In this document: one piece after another, positions 1-9,701 of the stretch
Layout: each line of letters begins with the position of its first letter
Numbering within the stretch: the first letter of the stretch is position 1
NCBI GenBank assembly: GCA_005222975.1
Contig: NJBI01000011.1
Location: 17,810-81,809 of the forward strand
Length of the DNA: 64,000 nt
Direction: 5' to 3'
Origin: Promethearchaeota archaeon Loki_b31
Lineage (GTDB): Archaea; Asgardarchaeota; Lokiarchaeia; Sigyniarchaeales; SOKP01
The notes under the pieces: generated by a model
Told to the model about the DNA's origin: nothing
What the model saw: the letters and a program-made list of their open reading frames with translations, nothing else
The model's database searches: none
Position numbers and translations under genes: made by a program

Positions 1-114
1 CTCCTTGTGGTAGTGTCTAAGTTTGTCCACATTTTATATCACGGTAAAAGGGAATCATAGAATAAATTATATAGAATCAGTTAATTTTTTTTCCAATTAA
101 TTATACTGAAAGAT

Positions 115-1206
115 ATGAACATTCTTTTTATTGAAAATTTTAAACTTTTTAAAAAATTAACGAGGATTAAGACGATTGGTGGGATTGAAACAAATACAAA
201 TGATATAATACATTATCTTCGTCAAAAAGGACATAAAATCTGGGTATTAAATAAAGAGGTAAAACCCAAATGGGCGGAGAAAGGAGAAGTCGACATCATT
301 GCTGCTTCCACATTCGATCCAATTACATTTTTTCAAATTAGTAAGTATAAGAAAAAATACAAACAAAGAGCTGCTGTAGTAATTCATGGTCATACAACGG
401 TTGAAGATTTAGTAGGAAATTTTGTACCTGATAAAACCATTTTTAACAAAATTTTTAAATTCTGGCTAAAACTTTTGTATGGTCAAGCACACTTATTAAT
501 TACACCAAGTGAATTTTCTAAGGAGTGTTTAATAAATATTCAAACTTCTATGACTTATCCTATACATGTTGTAAGCAATGGAATTCGTATTGAAGAATTT
601 AAGGAAAATAAAAAATATAGAGTCAATTTTAGAAGATTTCTCTTTCAACAATATGATATACCTGAAGAAGCAGTAGTTATTATAAATGTAGGTTTAAGCT
701 GGAAGAAGAAGGGTGTTAGGACCTTTGGAGAGATCGCTGAGAAATTTCCAGAATATTATTTTGTTTGGGTTGGACCAATAAATAAAAACCCTGAGATTGA
801 TGAGGTAATAAAACTAGATAATGTGATATTTACAGGATTTTATAATGATATTAGAGAGGCATATTATGGTGCTGATTTATTTTTAAATACATCTTGGGTG
901 GAAAATCAAGGAATTCCTTTAATAGAGGCAGCAATTTGCAAATTACCTGTTGTTGCTAGAGATTTATCCGCATTTGATTGGATTGTTCATGAATATTCCT
1001 GTTATAAAGCTAAAAATATGGCAGAATTTGTTGATGGAATTAGCAAGATCGTCTCAAATTCAAATTTTAGAAAAAAAATCGTTGAAAACGCTTGTGATGA
1101 TGCAATGGAATTACATGATTTTGATAAAATTGGTGAGAAAATCGAGAAATTATATATTAAGGCAATTAAAGTAAAAAAAATATGGGATCATAAACGAAAT
1201 AAATAA
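115..1206 (+). CDS. Glycosyltransferase family 4 (GT-B)
   Basis: GGIET N-terminal motif, HGHT, VSNGI, KKKG, and ENQGIPLIEA (EX7E) donor-binding motif. Confidence 0.9.
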   Translation: MNILFIENFKLFKKLTRIKTIGGIETNTNDIIHYLRQKGHKIWVLNKEVKPKWAEKGEVDIIAASTFDPITFFQISKYKKKYKQRAAVVIHGHTTVEDLVGNFVPDKTIFNKIFKFWLKLLYGQAHLLITPSEFSKECLINIQTSMTYPIHVVSNGIRIEEFKENKKYRVNFRRFLFQQYDIPEEAVVIINVGLSWKKKGVRTFGEIAEKFPEYYFVWVGPINKNPEIDEVIKLDNVIFTGFYNDIREAYYGADLFLNTSWVENQGIPLIEAAICKLPVVARDLSAFDWIVHEYSCYKAKNMAEFVDGISKIVSNSNFRKKIVENACDDAMELHDFDKIGEKIEKLYIKAIKVKKIWDHKRNK

Positions 1207-1252
1207 ACACAATGTTTAATTTTGCAGAAATTAGAAAGAATAAGAAAAAATC

Positions 1253-2530
1253 ATGTCAATGAGCGATCAAGACCTATTAAAGAATATTAAGCAAAAATTG
1301 AAAAACTTTTGGAGCATACCAATATTTAAATACACTATTATCATTCACCTTCTCTATTTTGTTCTTTCTACAATTCTAACTCTTGTTTTTTTCCGAAGTC
1401 AGAATGACTTTTTGGCATACTATAGAGCGGGTGAAATTGCCCTTAACGATTTCATGGAGTTATATAATCCTGATAATTATACTTGGTCATTTAGATATTT
1501 TCCCTTAGTTGCTTTTTATTTTATTCCCTTTTATTTGTTGGGATTTGATTTGGGATTTGTGGTCTTTAATTCAGTTAATTTAATCTTGAATATTATAATT
1601 TCTGTTTATCTCTATAAGGTCATCATGTTAATACGCCGAGAAGATCATGAAGATAACGATGATCGGATTATTCTCTATATTTGTATATTTTTATTGAGTC
1701 TTCCTCAGTTGTTTAATTATTTTCTTGGTCAAATAAATTTATATATAACATTTTTTACAATCTTTTCCCTTTATTTATTTCTGAAGAATGAACAAATAAA
1801 AATGCAGTTTTTGGCGAGTCTAATATTAGGTGTTGCCGGAATTTTCAAACCTATTACGATTTTCATGTTTCCCTTTCTTATTTTAAGTCATTATAGTTAT
1901 AATGAAAAAAAATTTAAGTTTGAACTCTCAAGGAGTATCATCAAGTCTATTGGCATATTACTTCCCTTAGCGATTAACGGTATTGTATTTATATTATATC
2001 CTACATTATGGCAAGATTTTACTGCGATAAATATTACAGGTGAAGCAAATACTTTAGTCAATTTTTCATTTAGCATAACCAAATTGTGTACAAATTTCTT
2101 ATTTTTCATTGGAATTCCTGCAAATTTACTAGTTCAATATCAGTTATACATATTCATTCCCATTTTACTTATTTTTGGAGGCATAGGCTTCTTCATATTT
2201 ATTTTTCGAAGAGTTCCTCGCAACGCAGTGATTTATGGATATACTTTTGGCATCCTGATAATGTTGCTTACTTATTTTGATTCTTGGAATCATCATCTAT
2301 TAATTTTAACTCCATTATTAACCATTATATTATTTGATCTACCACGAAATTCAGAAATTTCTGGAAAATACATCAAACCAAGTATATTTTTCTTTAGTTT
2401 CTTTGATATCGTATTTATGGGGTTATTTCTCCTTACTAAAATCTTTTTCCCTTTCAATTTTGCATCGACTATTTTTCTGATACTAGTATTCATCGGACTT
2501 AGCAAGTATTATTTGAAAAATCCAAATTAA
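1253..2530 (+). CDS. GT87/DUF2029-like multi-pass membrane glycosyltransferase (GT-C)
   Basis: About 10 hydrophobic segments; NDFLAYY, FRYFP, GQIN and FKP motifs typical of GT87; follows the GT4 gene. Confidence 0.7.
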   Translation: MSMSDQDLLKNIKQKLKNFWSIPIFKYTIIIHLLYFVLSTILTLVFFRSQNDFLAYYRAGEIALNDFMELYNPDNYTWSFRYFPLVAFYFIPFYLLGFDLGFVVFNSVNLILNIIISVYLYKVIMLIRREDHEDNDDRIILYICIFLLSLPQLFNYFLGQINLYITFFTIFSLYLFLKNEQIKMQFLASLILGVAGIFKPITIFMFPFLILSHYSYNEKKFKFELSRSIIKSIGILLPLAINGIVFILYPTLWQDFTAINITGEANTLVNFSFSITKLCTNFLFFIGIPANLLVQYQLYIFIPILLIFGGIGFFIFIFRRVPRNAVIYGYTFGILIMLLTYFDSWNHHLLILTPLLTIILFDLPRNSEISGKYIKPSIFFFSFFDIVFMGLFLLTKIFFPFNFASTIFLILVFIGLSKYYLKNPN

Positions 2531-2612
2531 AATGATATATAATGATTACAATTAAATAATGTTAAAACTATCATTACATGAATTTAGATAATTAACACGA
2601 GTCCAATAGACA

Positions 2613-3323
2613 ATGGTTCAAGAATATTTTATTATTTTAATGCCAGCATTTTTATTAGGAATATTACATACGCTAATTCCATGTGAAGATAAAGCTATCT
2701 TCTTTTTTTGGTCGTTTGGAATAGCAAAGACTCCAAAAAAGAGTATTTACATATTAATGCTCTATGGATTGGGATTAATTACTTCTAATATGATTATAGC
2801 GTCAGTTACGGTTTTTATCACTCAACTCCCAAGATTTCTTTTACCCGAATTTACTCCCGACCCTGTAGTTATTAATTTCTTTGGAGCGGTCACATCTATG
2901 TTTGCGGGGATATTTTTTTTACTCTTCGTTACAAGACGGGACTATTTACCTCATTCTAAGTATTTTAAGGATATTCCAAGTTTAGATTGGGAATTAAAGA
3001 AAACGCCTTATGTTTTTGGACTCATAGCAGGATTTGCTCCTTGTATATTTGAATTAATTATATATTCTCAAGCTTTTCAATTATCTCTTGGATATGGATT
3101 CATAGAAGGTCTATTGGTAGTACTTTATTTCTCTTTAGGCACTTTTGTGGGATTATTTCCACTTGCTTTAGCTAAACAAGGCACTTCGCTTATAGTTAAG
3201 CCAAAAGAAAGCAGAAAGAACACAATTTATTACATTATGCTCCTAATAATTATACTTTTTAATATAGCGGTTATGGTGCTATCATTTTTAGGAATTTCTG
3301 TATTTCCAATCCAGAACTTATAA
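2613..3323 (+). CDS. Six-TM membrane protein of the CcdA/DsbD_2/NicO-like group
   Basis: GILHTLIPC and GFAPC (two Pro-Cys motifs in TM helices), FSLGT in TM5. Confidence 0.55.
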   Translation: MVQEYFIILMPAFLLGILHTLIPCEDKAIFFFWSFGIAKTPKKSIYILMLYGLGLITSNMIIASVTVFITQLPRFLLPEFTPDPVVINFFGAVTSMFAGIFFLLFVTRRDYLPHSKYFKDIPSLDWELKKTPYVFGLIAGFAPCIFELIIYSQAFQLSLGYGFIEGLLVVLYFSLGTFVGLFPLALAKQGTSLIVKPKESRKNTIYYIMLLIIILFNIAVMVLSFLGISVFPIQNL

Positions 3324-3452
3324 GTAATTACATATATACCATTAATTTTTTTATTTGATCAATAGTTGGTCTCATAAAATAATTTATATCAGTATTTTTA
3401 TATATATTATTAACTAATCTATATCTTTCATAATTATGGAGATAATCAGATA

Positions 3453-5822
3453 ATGGAATGCAAATTCTGCGAGAGTCAAAACATTTCTTTTACCTGTGAG
3501 AAATGCAAGTCAAGTTTTTGCATCCATCATATGGCTACAACAGAAAGTTGGCTTTGTAAAAAACATGGAATACCCTATTCAAAAGCAAGCGCTGCTGAAA
3601 AGTATTATAAATGTACCGTTATTGAAAATAGCAAGTGCCCTGAGTGCGAAGCGCTTTTGAGGTTAGAGAGACTGTCGTCTGGTCAATATTATTTAGAGTG
3701 CACGGATGATACTTGTGCCTGGAACTCCTACTTAAAATCCCCCGGCTTATTTTTTCCTACTAAAGAACAACTAGCTAGAGAAGCAACTAAGTATAATTTA
3801 ATAAAAGGATATAGGTTAAGTTTATGTCGTAGGTCTTTAAAAAGAATAATCGGAAAAGAAGTTTGTCCTAATTGCTTTTTAGAATTTTTAAAGAGATCGC
3901 CAATCGCTAACTTCTCTACGATTATGGAGTCTTTTAATATATCCGCCCAACAAATGATAAAATTAATTAATCAATACATCGACGAGGAGCGTATATACGG
4001 CATAATCGATCAGAAGGACCAAATGTTTTATTACATTTCGTACGAGATGAGAGAAAAAATCCTTTCAAAAATACAAAACGAGGGTATTTTGAAAGTAGCT
4101 GATTTAGCCACCATGCTTGACATGAGTTCTGAAATAGCCATTAAAGTTATATATAAATTAATAAGTCAATTTCAGATAAAAGGTTCCTTCTCACAAACTA
4201 AGAAATTTTATTACACTCAAAAATATATTATGGACCATTTAATTAAAGAAATAAATAAACAGGGAAGAATTTCATTAGATAAACTTGCGAAAGTTTTCGA
4301 TATACCAAAGGAACTATCGAAATCGTTTTGCGTCAATTTAATGAGAACAAATGCCGTTACCGCGTTTTTTGCTGATCGCGGCAACGAAATTATTACATCT
4401 GATAGAATTTATAAAGAAATCAAAGACTTTTCTAAAGAAGGTGGATTGTTTGAATTATCTAAGCTTGCAAAAAAGTTAAAAATCGCAGAAGAACTCGCAA
4501 GGAAATCACTCCACGACCTTATCAAATCAGGTTCGATAAAAGGAATTTTCACTCAAAGAAGAGAATTTATGACGCGAAAATACCTTGAAGATAAAATAAA
4601 AGAACTAGCAAGAGCATATAGAACTATGCCTTTGAGAGAATTATCGAATCGATTGGGGGTTACTGAATCCAGTATAGAAGAAAATCTAGCTCAATTAATT
4701 GGGAGGGGCGACATTGATGGTTACATTGACATGCACAAGAGAATTTTTATGGCTTATAGCGTCCCCCGAACACAAGCAGGATCAACTCGTACGAAACAGA
4801 AAAAGCCCAAATCAACTGACGAGGGAAAAATTGAGGTTGTAAGGGATTACGATTTTGAAGGTGGACAGTTACATTTCAAAGTAGCCGTTAGGAATAAGAG
4901 CAGTATGGCAATAAATAATGTCAAAGTTCTATTGGACGCACCCTCAAGTTATAAGATGAAACAGCCATTAATCAACATTCCAGTAATCGAGTCCAAGAAT
5001 TCTAGGGGAGTAGATTTTTATTTGGAGCCTAAGCAATGTGGTGTGTCGAATATTAGTGGTACAGTTATTTATCGAACAGCTTCAGGAACTAAAAAAACAA
5101 TCAACATTCGGAAAATGGAAGTACAAATCAAATGTCCCTTGGTTTGCACTTCTATGAGCACAATAGAGGATTGTCAAGTCGCAATACAAACTCTAGGAAA
5201 TGACGCACGAGCATTTTTAATCGCCGACTTAGACCCGCGATTAGCTTATAGAGCTGCCATAAGAACTCTTAAAAACTTTGATACCAGTGCTGTTACTTCC
5301 CATGAAGGTTCAGATACTAAAGGAAGTTACGAAGGAGAGGCATGGTTTTGTTCGGAAGCAAAAAATACTGGAGGGAGAATTATAACGAGAATTTACGTTT
5401 CCGAGACGAGCCAATCGTTAGAAGTGAGGGTCTGGTGTGGAAACCCAGGACAACTTACAGGATTTTTAGCAAAAATTATAGAAATTCTATTTGAGGAAAT
5501 TAATATTATTCGAAAGATTAAGTCAGAAGAAAGGGAGAAAACCATTGATGTTATGGCAATCACTCAAAACTTAGCAGAAGTCAGTGATTATTGTATGCTT
5601 AGATGGAAAGCACAGAATATAAGAAATAAACTACATGATACTTTTATTCGATTACGTAAAGTAATAGGAGATAAAGAGGCGATCTTAGGTAGAATTGAAT
5701 TTTGGCTGACGCAGTTGAATAAGTACGGCAAAGACGATAAAATTAGCGATGAGGACGCCGATAAACTAGTGAACGATGTAGAAAAATTCAGAAATGTCAT
5801 TGCTCGAGCCATAAAATTGTGA
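3453..5822 (+). CDS. Multidomain protein: Zn fingers + five PCI/UFL1-like winged helices + appendage-like (Ig + platform) C-terminus
   Basis: CxxC/CxxH clusters in aa 1-145; five ~60-aa repeats such as LRELSNRLGVTESSIEENLAQLIGRGDIDGYID; beta-rich KVAVRN...FYLEP domain followed by an alpha/beta domain. Confidence 0.6.
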   Translation: MECKFCESQNISFTCEKCKSSFCIHHMATTESWLCKKHGIPYSKASAAEKYYKCTVIENSKCPECEALLRLERLSSGQYYLECTDDTCAWNSYLKSPGLFFPTKEQLAREATKYNLIKGYRLSLCRRSLKRIIGKEVCPNCFLEFLKRSPIANFSTIMESFNISAQQMIKLINQYIDEERIYGIIDQKDQMFYYISYEMREKILSKIQNEGILKVADLATMLDMSSEIAIKVIYKLISQFQIKGSFSQTKKFYYTQKYIMDHLIKEINKQGRISLDKLAKVFDIPKELSKSFCVNLMRTNAVTAFFADRGNEIITSDRIYKEIKDFSKEGGLFELSKLAKKLKIAEELARKSLHDLIKSGSIKGIFTQRREFMTRKYLEDKIKELARAYRTMPLRELSNRLGVTESSIEENLAQLIGRGDIDGYIDMHKRIFMAYSVPRTQAGSTRTKQKKPKSTDEGKIEVVRDYDFEGGQLHFKVAVRNKSSMAINNVKVLLDAPSSYKMKQPLINIPVIESKNSRGVDFYLEPKQCGVSNISGTVIYRTASGTKKTINIRKMEVQIKCPLVCTSMSTIEDCQVAIQTLGNDARAFLIADLDPRLAYRAAIRTLKNFDTSAVTSHEGSDTKGSYEGEAWFCSEAKNTGGRIITRIYVSETSQSLEVRVWCGNPGQLTGFLAKIIEILFEEINIIRKIKSEEREKTIDVMAITQNLAEVSDYCMLRWKAQNIRNKLHDTFIRLRKVIGDKEAILGRIEFWLTQLNKYGKDDKISDEDADKLVNDVEKFRNVIARAIKL

Positions 5823-5895
5823 TTATTTTTCTAAAAACATTTATAAGTGTTATTGCAAATTTATATTATTAAGATAGAAGAAGAGTTCAAAAAAT

Positions 5896-6324
5896 ATGTG
5901 CCCAATAATTTCATTCTCAATAAATGAAAACCTAAAGCAGTTTATTAATAAACTAGTATCCAAAAATCAATATGAAAACAAATCTAAATTAATAAGAGAT
6001 GCCTTATTAAGGTTAATGTCAGATATAGATGTCTCAAATTTAGAGTCGTACGGAGAATCCTACGGAGAAGCAATTCCAACTACCAAAAAGATTGTTGGAA
6101 ATATGATAATTGTAGCTCCTCACGATCCGAATATTCAGAGAAAATTAAATAAGATAGAGAGTAGATATAACGAGCAAATAATGAATAAGAATCAACATTT
6201 TCAAGGGGAAAATCTAATTATTTTTATGATTTTTGAAGGGACAGTACAAGATTTTCAGAAAATTGTAGTTGATGTAAATGGAATTAAAGAAATTAAGAAT
6301 TTCCGTTATCTAATTATAAATTAG
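5896..6324 (+). CDS. NikR/CopG-like ribbon-helix-helix transcriptional regulator
   Basis: IISFSI...YENKSKLIRDAL RHH motif plus ACT-like C-terminal domain. Confidence 0.75.
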   Translation: MCPIISFSINENLKQFINKLVSKNQYENKSKLIRDALLRLMSDIDVSNLESYGESYGEAIPTTKKIVGNMIIVAPHDPNIQRKLNKIESRYNEQIMNKNQHFQGENLIIFMIFEGTVQDFQKIVVDVNGIKEIKNFRYLIIN

Positions 6325-6507
6325 ACTAAAAAAAACATTTATTATTATATTCCTTTTCAATATTACGTTCTCCTATTTCTATAATAACACTCTAACATTC
6401 CTCTAACTTTATTTAAAGCTTATCAACGTATAGGCGTAACTTTAATAAATATATCTAATTTAATTCAGTAATTTGATGTTTTATTTTAGTAGAATTTAAA
6501 CGAGAAA

Positions 6508-7626
6508 ATGATTGAAAAAGAAGATAATATATATCGAAAGCTGCAACAGCAATTAGATACTTTGCCCATAGGCTTTCCTGCGACTAAATCAGGCGTAGAA
6601 ATTCGATTGTTAAAATTTTTCTTTACTCCTGAAGAAGCAGAAATTGCTATTAACATGCGATTTATCCCCGAACCTGTGAAAAAGATTTATCGCAGGGTTA
6701 AAAAAAAGGTAAAATCCATAGAGGAACTTGAGCTCATCTTAGATAAAATGTATCACAAGGGTGCTATCAATTTAAAGAGACTGATGGATGAAAATGGGGA
6801 AGAGATACGATATCATCTCGCCTTTTTAGCAGTAGGCATGTACGAATATCAAGTAAAGTCGATTACAAGAGAGTTTTATGAAGACATCGAGCAATACTTT
6901 GAAGAGGAATACCGAGATGAAATCGTAAGCACTAAAATCAACCAATTACGAACAATTCCAGTTGAAGAAAGCATCACGCCAGAACACAATATTGCAACAT
7001 ACGATGAACTAAGAACAATAATTGAAAGTGCCGAGAAGATTTCTATAATGGATTGCATATGCCAAAAAGGGAAAGATCTAATCGGCGAGTCGTGTAAACA
7101 GACGAATATGCGCGAGCACTGTTTCGCACTAAATAATTCTGCTCAACATGTCGTAGATATAAATAACGGAAGATTTATAACAAATGATGAAGCTTTAAAT
7201 ATACTTAAAAAAGCCCAAGAAGAAGGTTTAATTCTTCAACCTGGAAACGCTCAGGATCCTAATTTCATTTGTTGTTGTTGTGGATGTTGTTGCGATCTTA
7301 TAACAAATTTAAAGAAAATTGAGCGTCCTTGGGAAATGTTTTATTCTAATTATTACGCTAATGTTGATTCAGACTCATGTATCGGGTGTGAAACCTGTTT
7401 AAATCGATGTCAGATGAATGCTATTTCGATGGTTGAGGGCATAGCTGTTGTTGAGCAAAAATTATGTATCGGGTGTGGTAATTGCGTAACAACTTGCCCA
7501 TAACAAGCAATAACGCTTAAAAGGAAAGATAAGGAGATAATACCCCCCAAAACTACAAAAGATTTATATTTAAAATTGATGGATAAAAAAGCAGAATTAA
7601 GGCGCGCAGAAAAAGGAATATCATAA
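6508..7626 (+). CDS. 4Fe-4S dicluster ferredoxin-domain protein, interrupted by an in-frame TAA at 7501-7503
   Basis: CICQ, CCCCGCCC and two CxxCxxCxxxC motifs; the frame continues after TAA as QAITLKRK...EKGIS to a stop at 7626. Confidence 0.8.
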
Positions 7627-7650
7627 AATATTTGATAGAGGTGAAAATTA

Positions 7651-8013
7651 ATGGGAAAAGGTAAATATGGAAAAGGATATCAAAAAAAAGGTCAAAGTTC
7701 GAAAGGTTCAGGAAAAAGTGCTGGAGGAGCACCCATTCGTGGAGGAAAAATCAAGGCAAGTCATATTTTGGTTGATAAGTTTAGTAGAGCCCAAGAATTA
7801 CGTGAAGACATACAAACAGGAGAGAAGTTTGAAAGTCTGGCACAAAAATTTTCTACTTGTCCAAGTAAAAAAAAGAGTGGCAATCTAGGAGAATTCTCTA
7901 AGGGTGATATGGTTCCAGAGTTCTGGAACGCGTGTACGAAGCTTAAAATTGGTGAAATTTCTCAGCCAGTTAAAACTAAATATGGTTATCATATAATAAA
8001 AAGAACGGGTTAG
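7651..8013 (+). CDS. Parvulin-type peptidyl-prolyl cis-trans isomerase with Gly/Lys-rich N-terminal tail
   Basis: ASHILV, FESLAQKFSTCPS, GNLG, MVPEF, PVKTKYGYHII; GAGGTGA ribosome-binding site upstream. Confidence 0.93.
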   Translation: MGKGKYGKGYQKKGQSSKGSGKSAGGAPIRGGKIKASHILVDKFSRAQELREDIQTGEKFESLAQKFSTCPSKKKSGNLGEFSKGDMVPEFWNACTKLKIGEISQPVKTKYGYHIIKRTG

Positions 8014-8021
8014 AATATAAT

Positions 8022-8094
8022 TAGCCCAGCACGGATTCGAACCGTGGTCGCAGGGTTCAGGGCCCCAAATGCTTGACCTCTACACCACTGGGCT
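8022..8094 (-). tRNA. tRNA-Gln(CTG), intronless, atypical C33
   Basis: AGCCCAG/CTGGGCT acceptor stem, CACGG-TTCGAAT-CCGTG T arm, anticodon arm TGGGG-CC CTG AA-CCCTG. Confidence 0.9.
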
Positions 8095-8197
8095 TTAATA
8101 AAATAAAGATTTGATAAATTATAATATATTTTCTGTAAAAAATTTTATTATTCTGAATAAAGATAGATTTTTATTAGAGAATAACCTTATAATTTAT

Positions 8198-8344
8198 TGG
8201 ATTACACAGTTCTTAAATGGAGGATGCTAAAAAAAAACTTGTTTTTATTAATACTCTTCTAACTGAGGGTATTAAACCCCGTGACTGAAAAAAACAAAAC
8301 CCCGTATAAACTGAAAAAAAATTTGCTTCTCCATGTGTAATCCA
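8198..8344. other. Structured intergenic element (candidate ncRNA or MITE)
   Basis: 11-bp terminal inverted repeat TGGATTACACA/TGTGTAATCCA, second helix ATGGAG/CTCCAT, internal hairpin, repeated AAACCCCGT..ACTGAAAAAAA. Confidence 0.45.
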
Positions 8345-8444
8345 CTTTATTTCATTAAAAAGTTAATATAATATCTTAGTAATTTTTGTAAGGTTAAATT
8401 AAGAATTAGAGATGAGTTGAAACTTCTGAATAGTTAAGCAATTA

Positions 8445-9656
8445 TTAATGCTTTAGATTATATTTTCTAAAAATCTCGTTGAAATACTTATCACTCATTC
8501 CGGAGATATAATCTCTCACGACCAAAGTTAACTTATTTTGATCTTTAAGAGGTTTAAAGTAAGTAGAATAGTTTTTGTTGTCGATATATTCTATGTGATC
8601 TTTAAAAATCGGAGCGTCGAAGTTATCTTCCTCCAAATCCTTCAAAGATTTTTCAAATATTAATTCAAACTGATAAGTTAAGTTTTCTATGTAAGATATT
8701 TTTGAACTTTTACTTTTGTAAAGATCTCTTCGACTGTATATTTGTTCATAATTAAATTCCTTCAATCTTTTTAGCGCTTCAAAAATTTCCTCACTATAAC
8801 CAATTATATCGCTATCAAGGCTATTATTTAAGAGGTCCATAATTAGTGTTTTCATTATTTTTCGGTTAGTATCGCCAAGTACATTTGTACAACTTTTAGG
8901 TATGTCAGACCTTTTAATGAATTTAATTAAAATCGCATCTTCGATATCTCTTCCGATGTATGCTATGGTGTCTGCTAGCCTAACTCCTACTCCTTCATAA
9001 GACATTGGGACTCTTTTTATTTTATTTTCGTGAAATGCGTCGTTATATTCATTCAAATGGTCTTCCCAAGTTTTTCCATTCACTTCAATTGGTTTTAACC
9101 CTTGTTCGTAAACTTCACCGTCGTGACAAAGAATGCCGTCTAATACTTGTAGAGTTAAATTTAATCCTTTCGCAGGTTTATTTGGAAATCTTTTTTCTAG
9201 GTACGACAACCATCTTATTCCTTGAGCGTTATGATTAAATGTACCCATTTTATACTTGATACTTATGTTATTAAGTATTTCTTCGCCCAGATGCCCCCTT
9301 GGGCTATGACCTATGTCGTGTGCTAAACTTATACCTTCCATTAAATCAGTATTTAGTTTTAATATTCGCCCGATTTGACGAGCAATTCTTGAGACTAATA
9401 TAACATGTAACGAGCGATGGGTGATATTTGCGTTGTTAACACCAAAAAAAACTTGTGTTTTGTCTATATAACGCGCATATGCTTTGCTATGAACAATACG
9501 GTCAACATCTCTGAAAAAATGAGGTCTAATATCGATTTTAGACTCAATATCTTCTTCGTACAATCTTACCGCTTGAGAATCGGATATGGCTTTAAATCCA
9601 ATATCTGAATCTCTTCGCATATGCAATCTGTATATTTTAAGGTTTTTAGGATCCAT
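8445..9656 (-). CDS. dgt: HD-domain dNTP triphosphohydrolase (dGTPase-like)
   Basis: RDVDRIVHS, KTQVF, HRSLH, HDIGH, HNAQG, ADTIAY, DYISGMSD motifs. Confidence 0.88.
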   Translation of the reverse strand: MDPKNLKIYRLHMRRDSDIGFKAISDSQAVRLYEEDIESKIDIRPHFFRDVDRIVHSKAYARYIDKTQVFFGVNNANITHRSLHVILVSRIARQIGRILKLNTDLMEGISLAHDIGHSPRGHLGEEILNNISIKYKMGTFNHNAQGIRWLSYLEKRFPNKPAKGLNLTLQVLDGILCHDGEVYEQGLKPIEVNGKTWEDHLNEYNDAFHENKIKRVPMSYEGVGVRLADTIAYIGRDIEDAILIKFIKRSDIPKSCTNVLGDTNRKIMKTLIMDLLNNSLDSDIIGYSEEIFEALKRLKEFNYEQIYSRRDLYKSKSSKISYIENLTYQFELIFEKSLKDLEEDNFDAPIFKDHIEYIDNKNYSTYFKPLKDQNKLTLVVRDYISGMSDKYFNEIFRKYNLKH

Positions 9657-9701
9657 TTCTGCTTATTATAGGTCTCTTATCAAGTATTTTATCAAATCGC
9701 A

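Noticed and set aside
6363-6439. Possible stem TTACG..CCTAT / ATAGGCGTAA in the spacer after the NikR-like gene
   Set aside because: Only 10 bp with a 4-nt bulge and no other supporting motif; compatible with chance
7501-7503. Stop-codon recoding (Sec/Pyl, or suppression by the neighbouring odd tRNA-Gln)
   Set aside because: The codon is TAA, the commonest true stop in this window; a CUG anticodon would not read UAA
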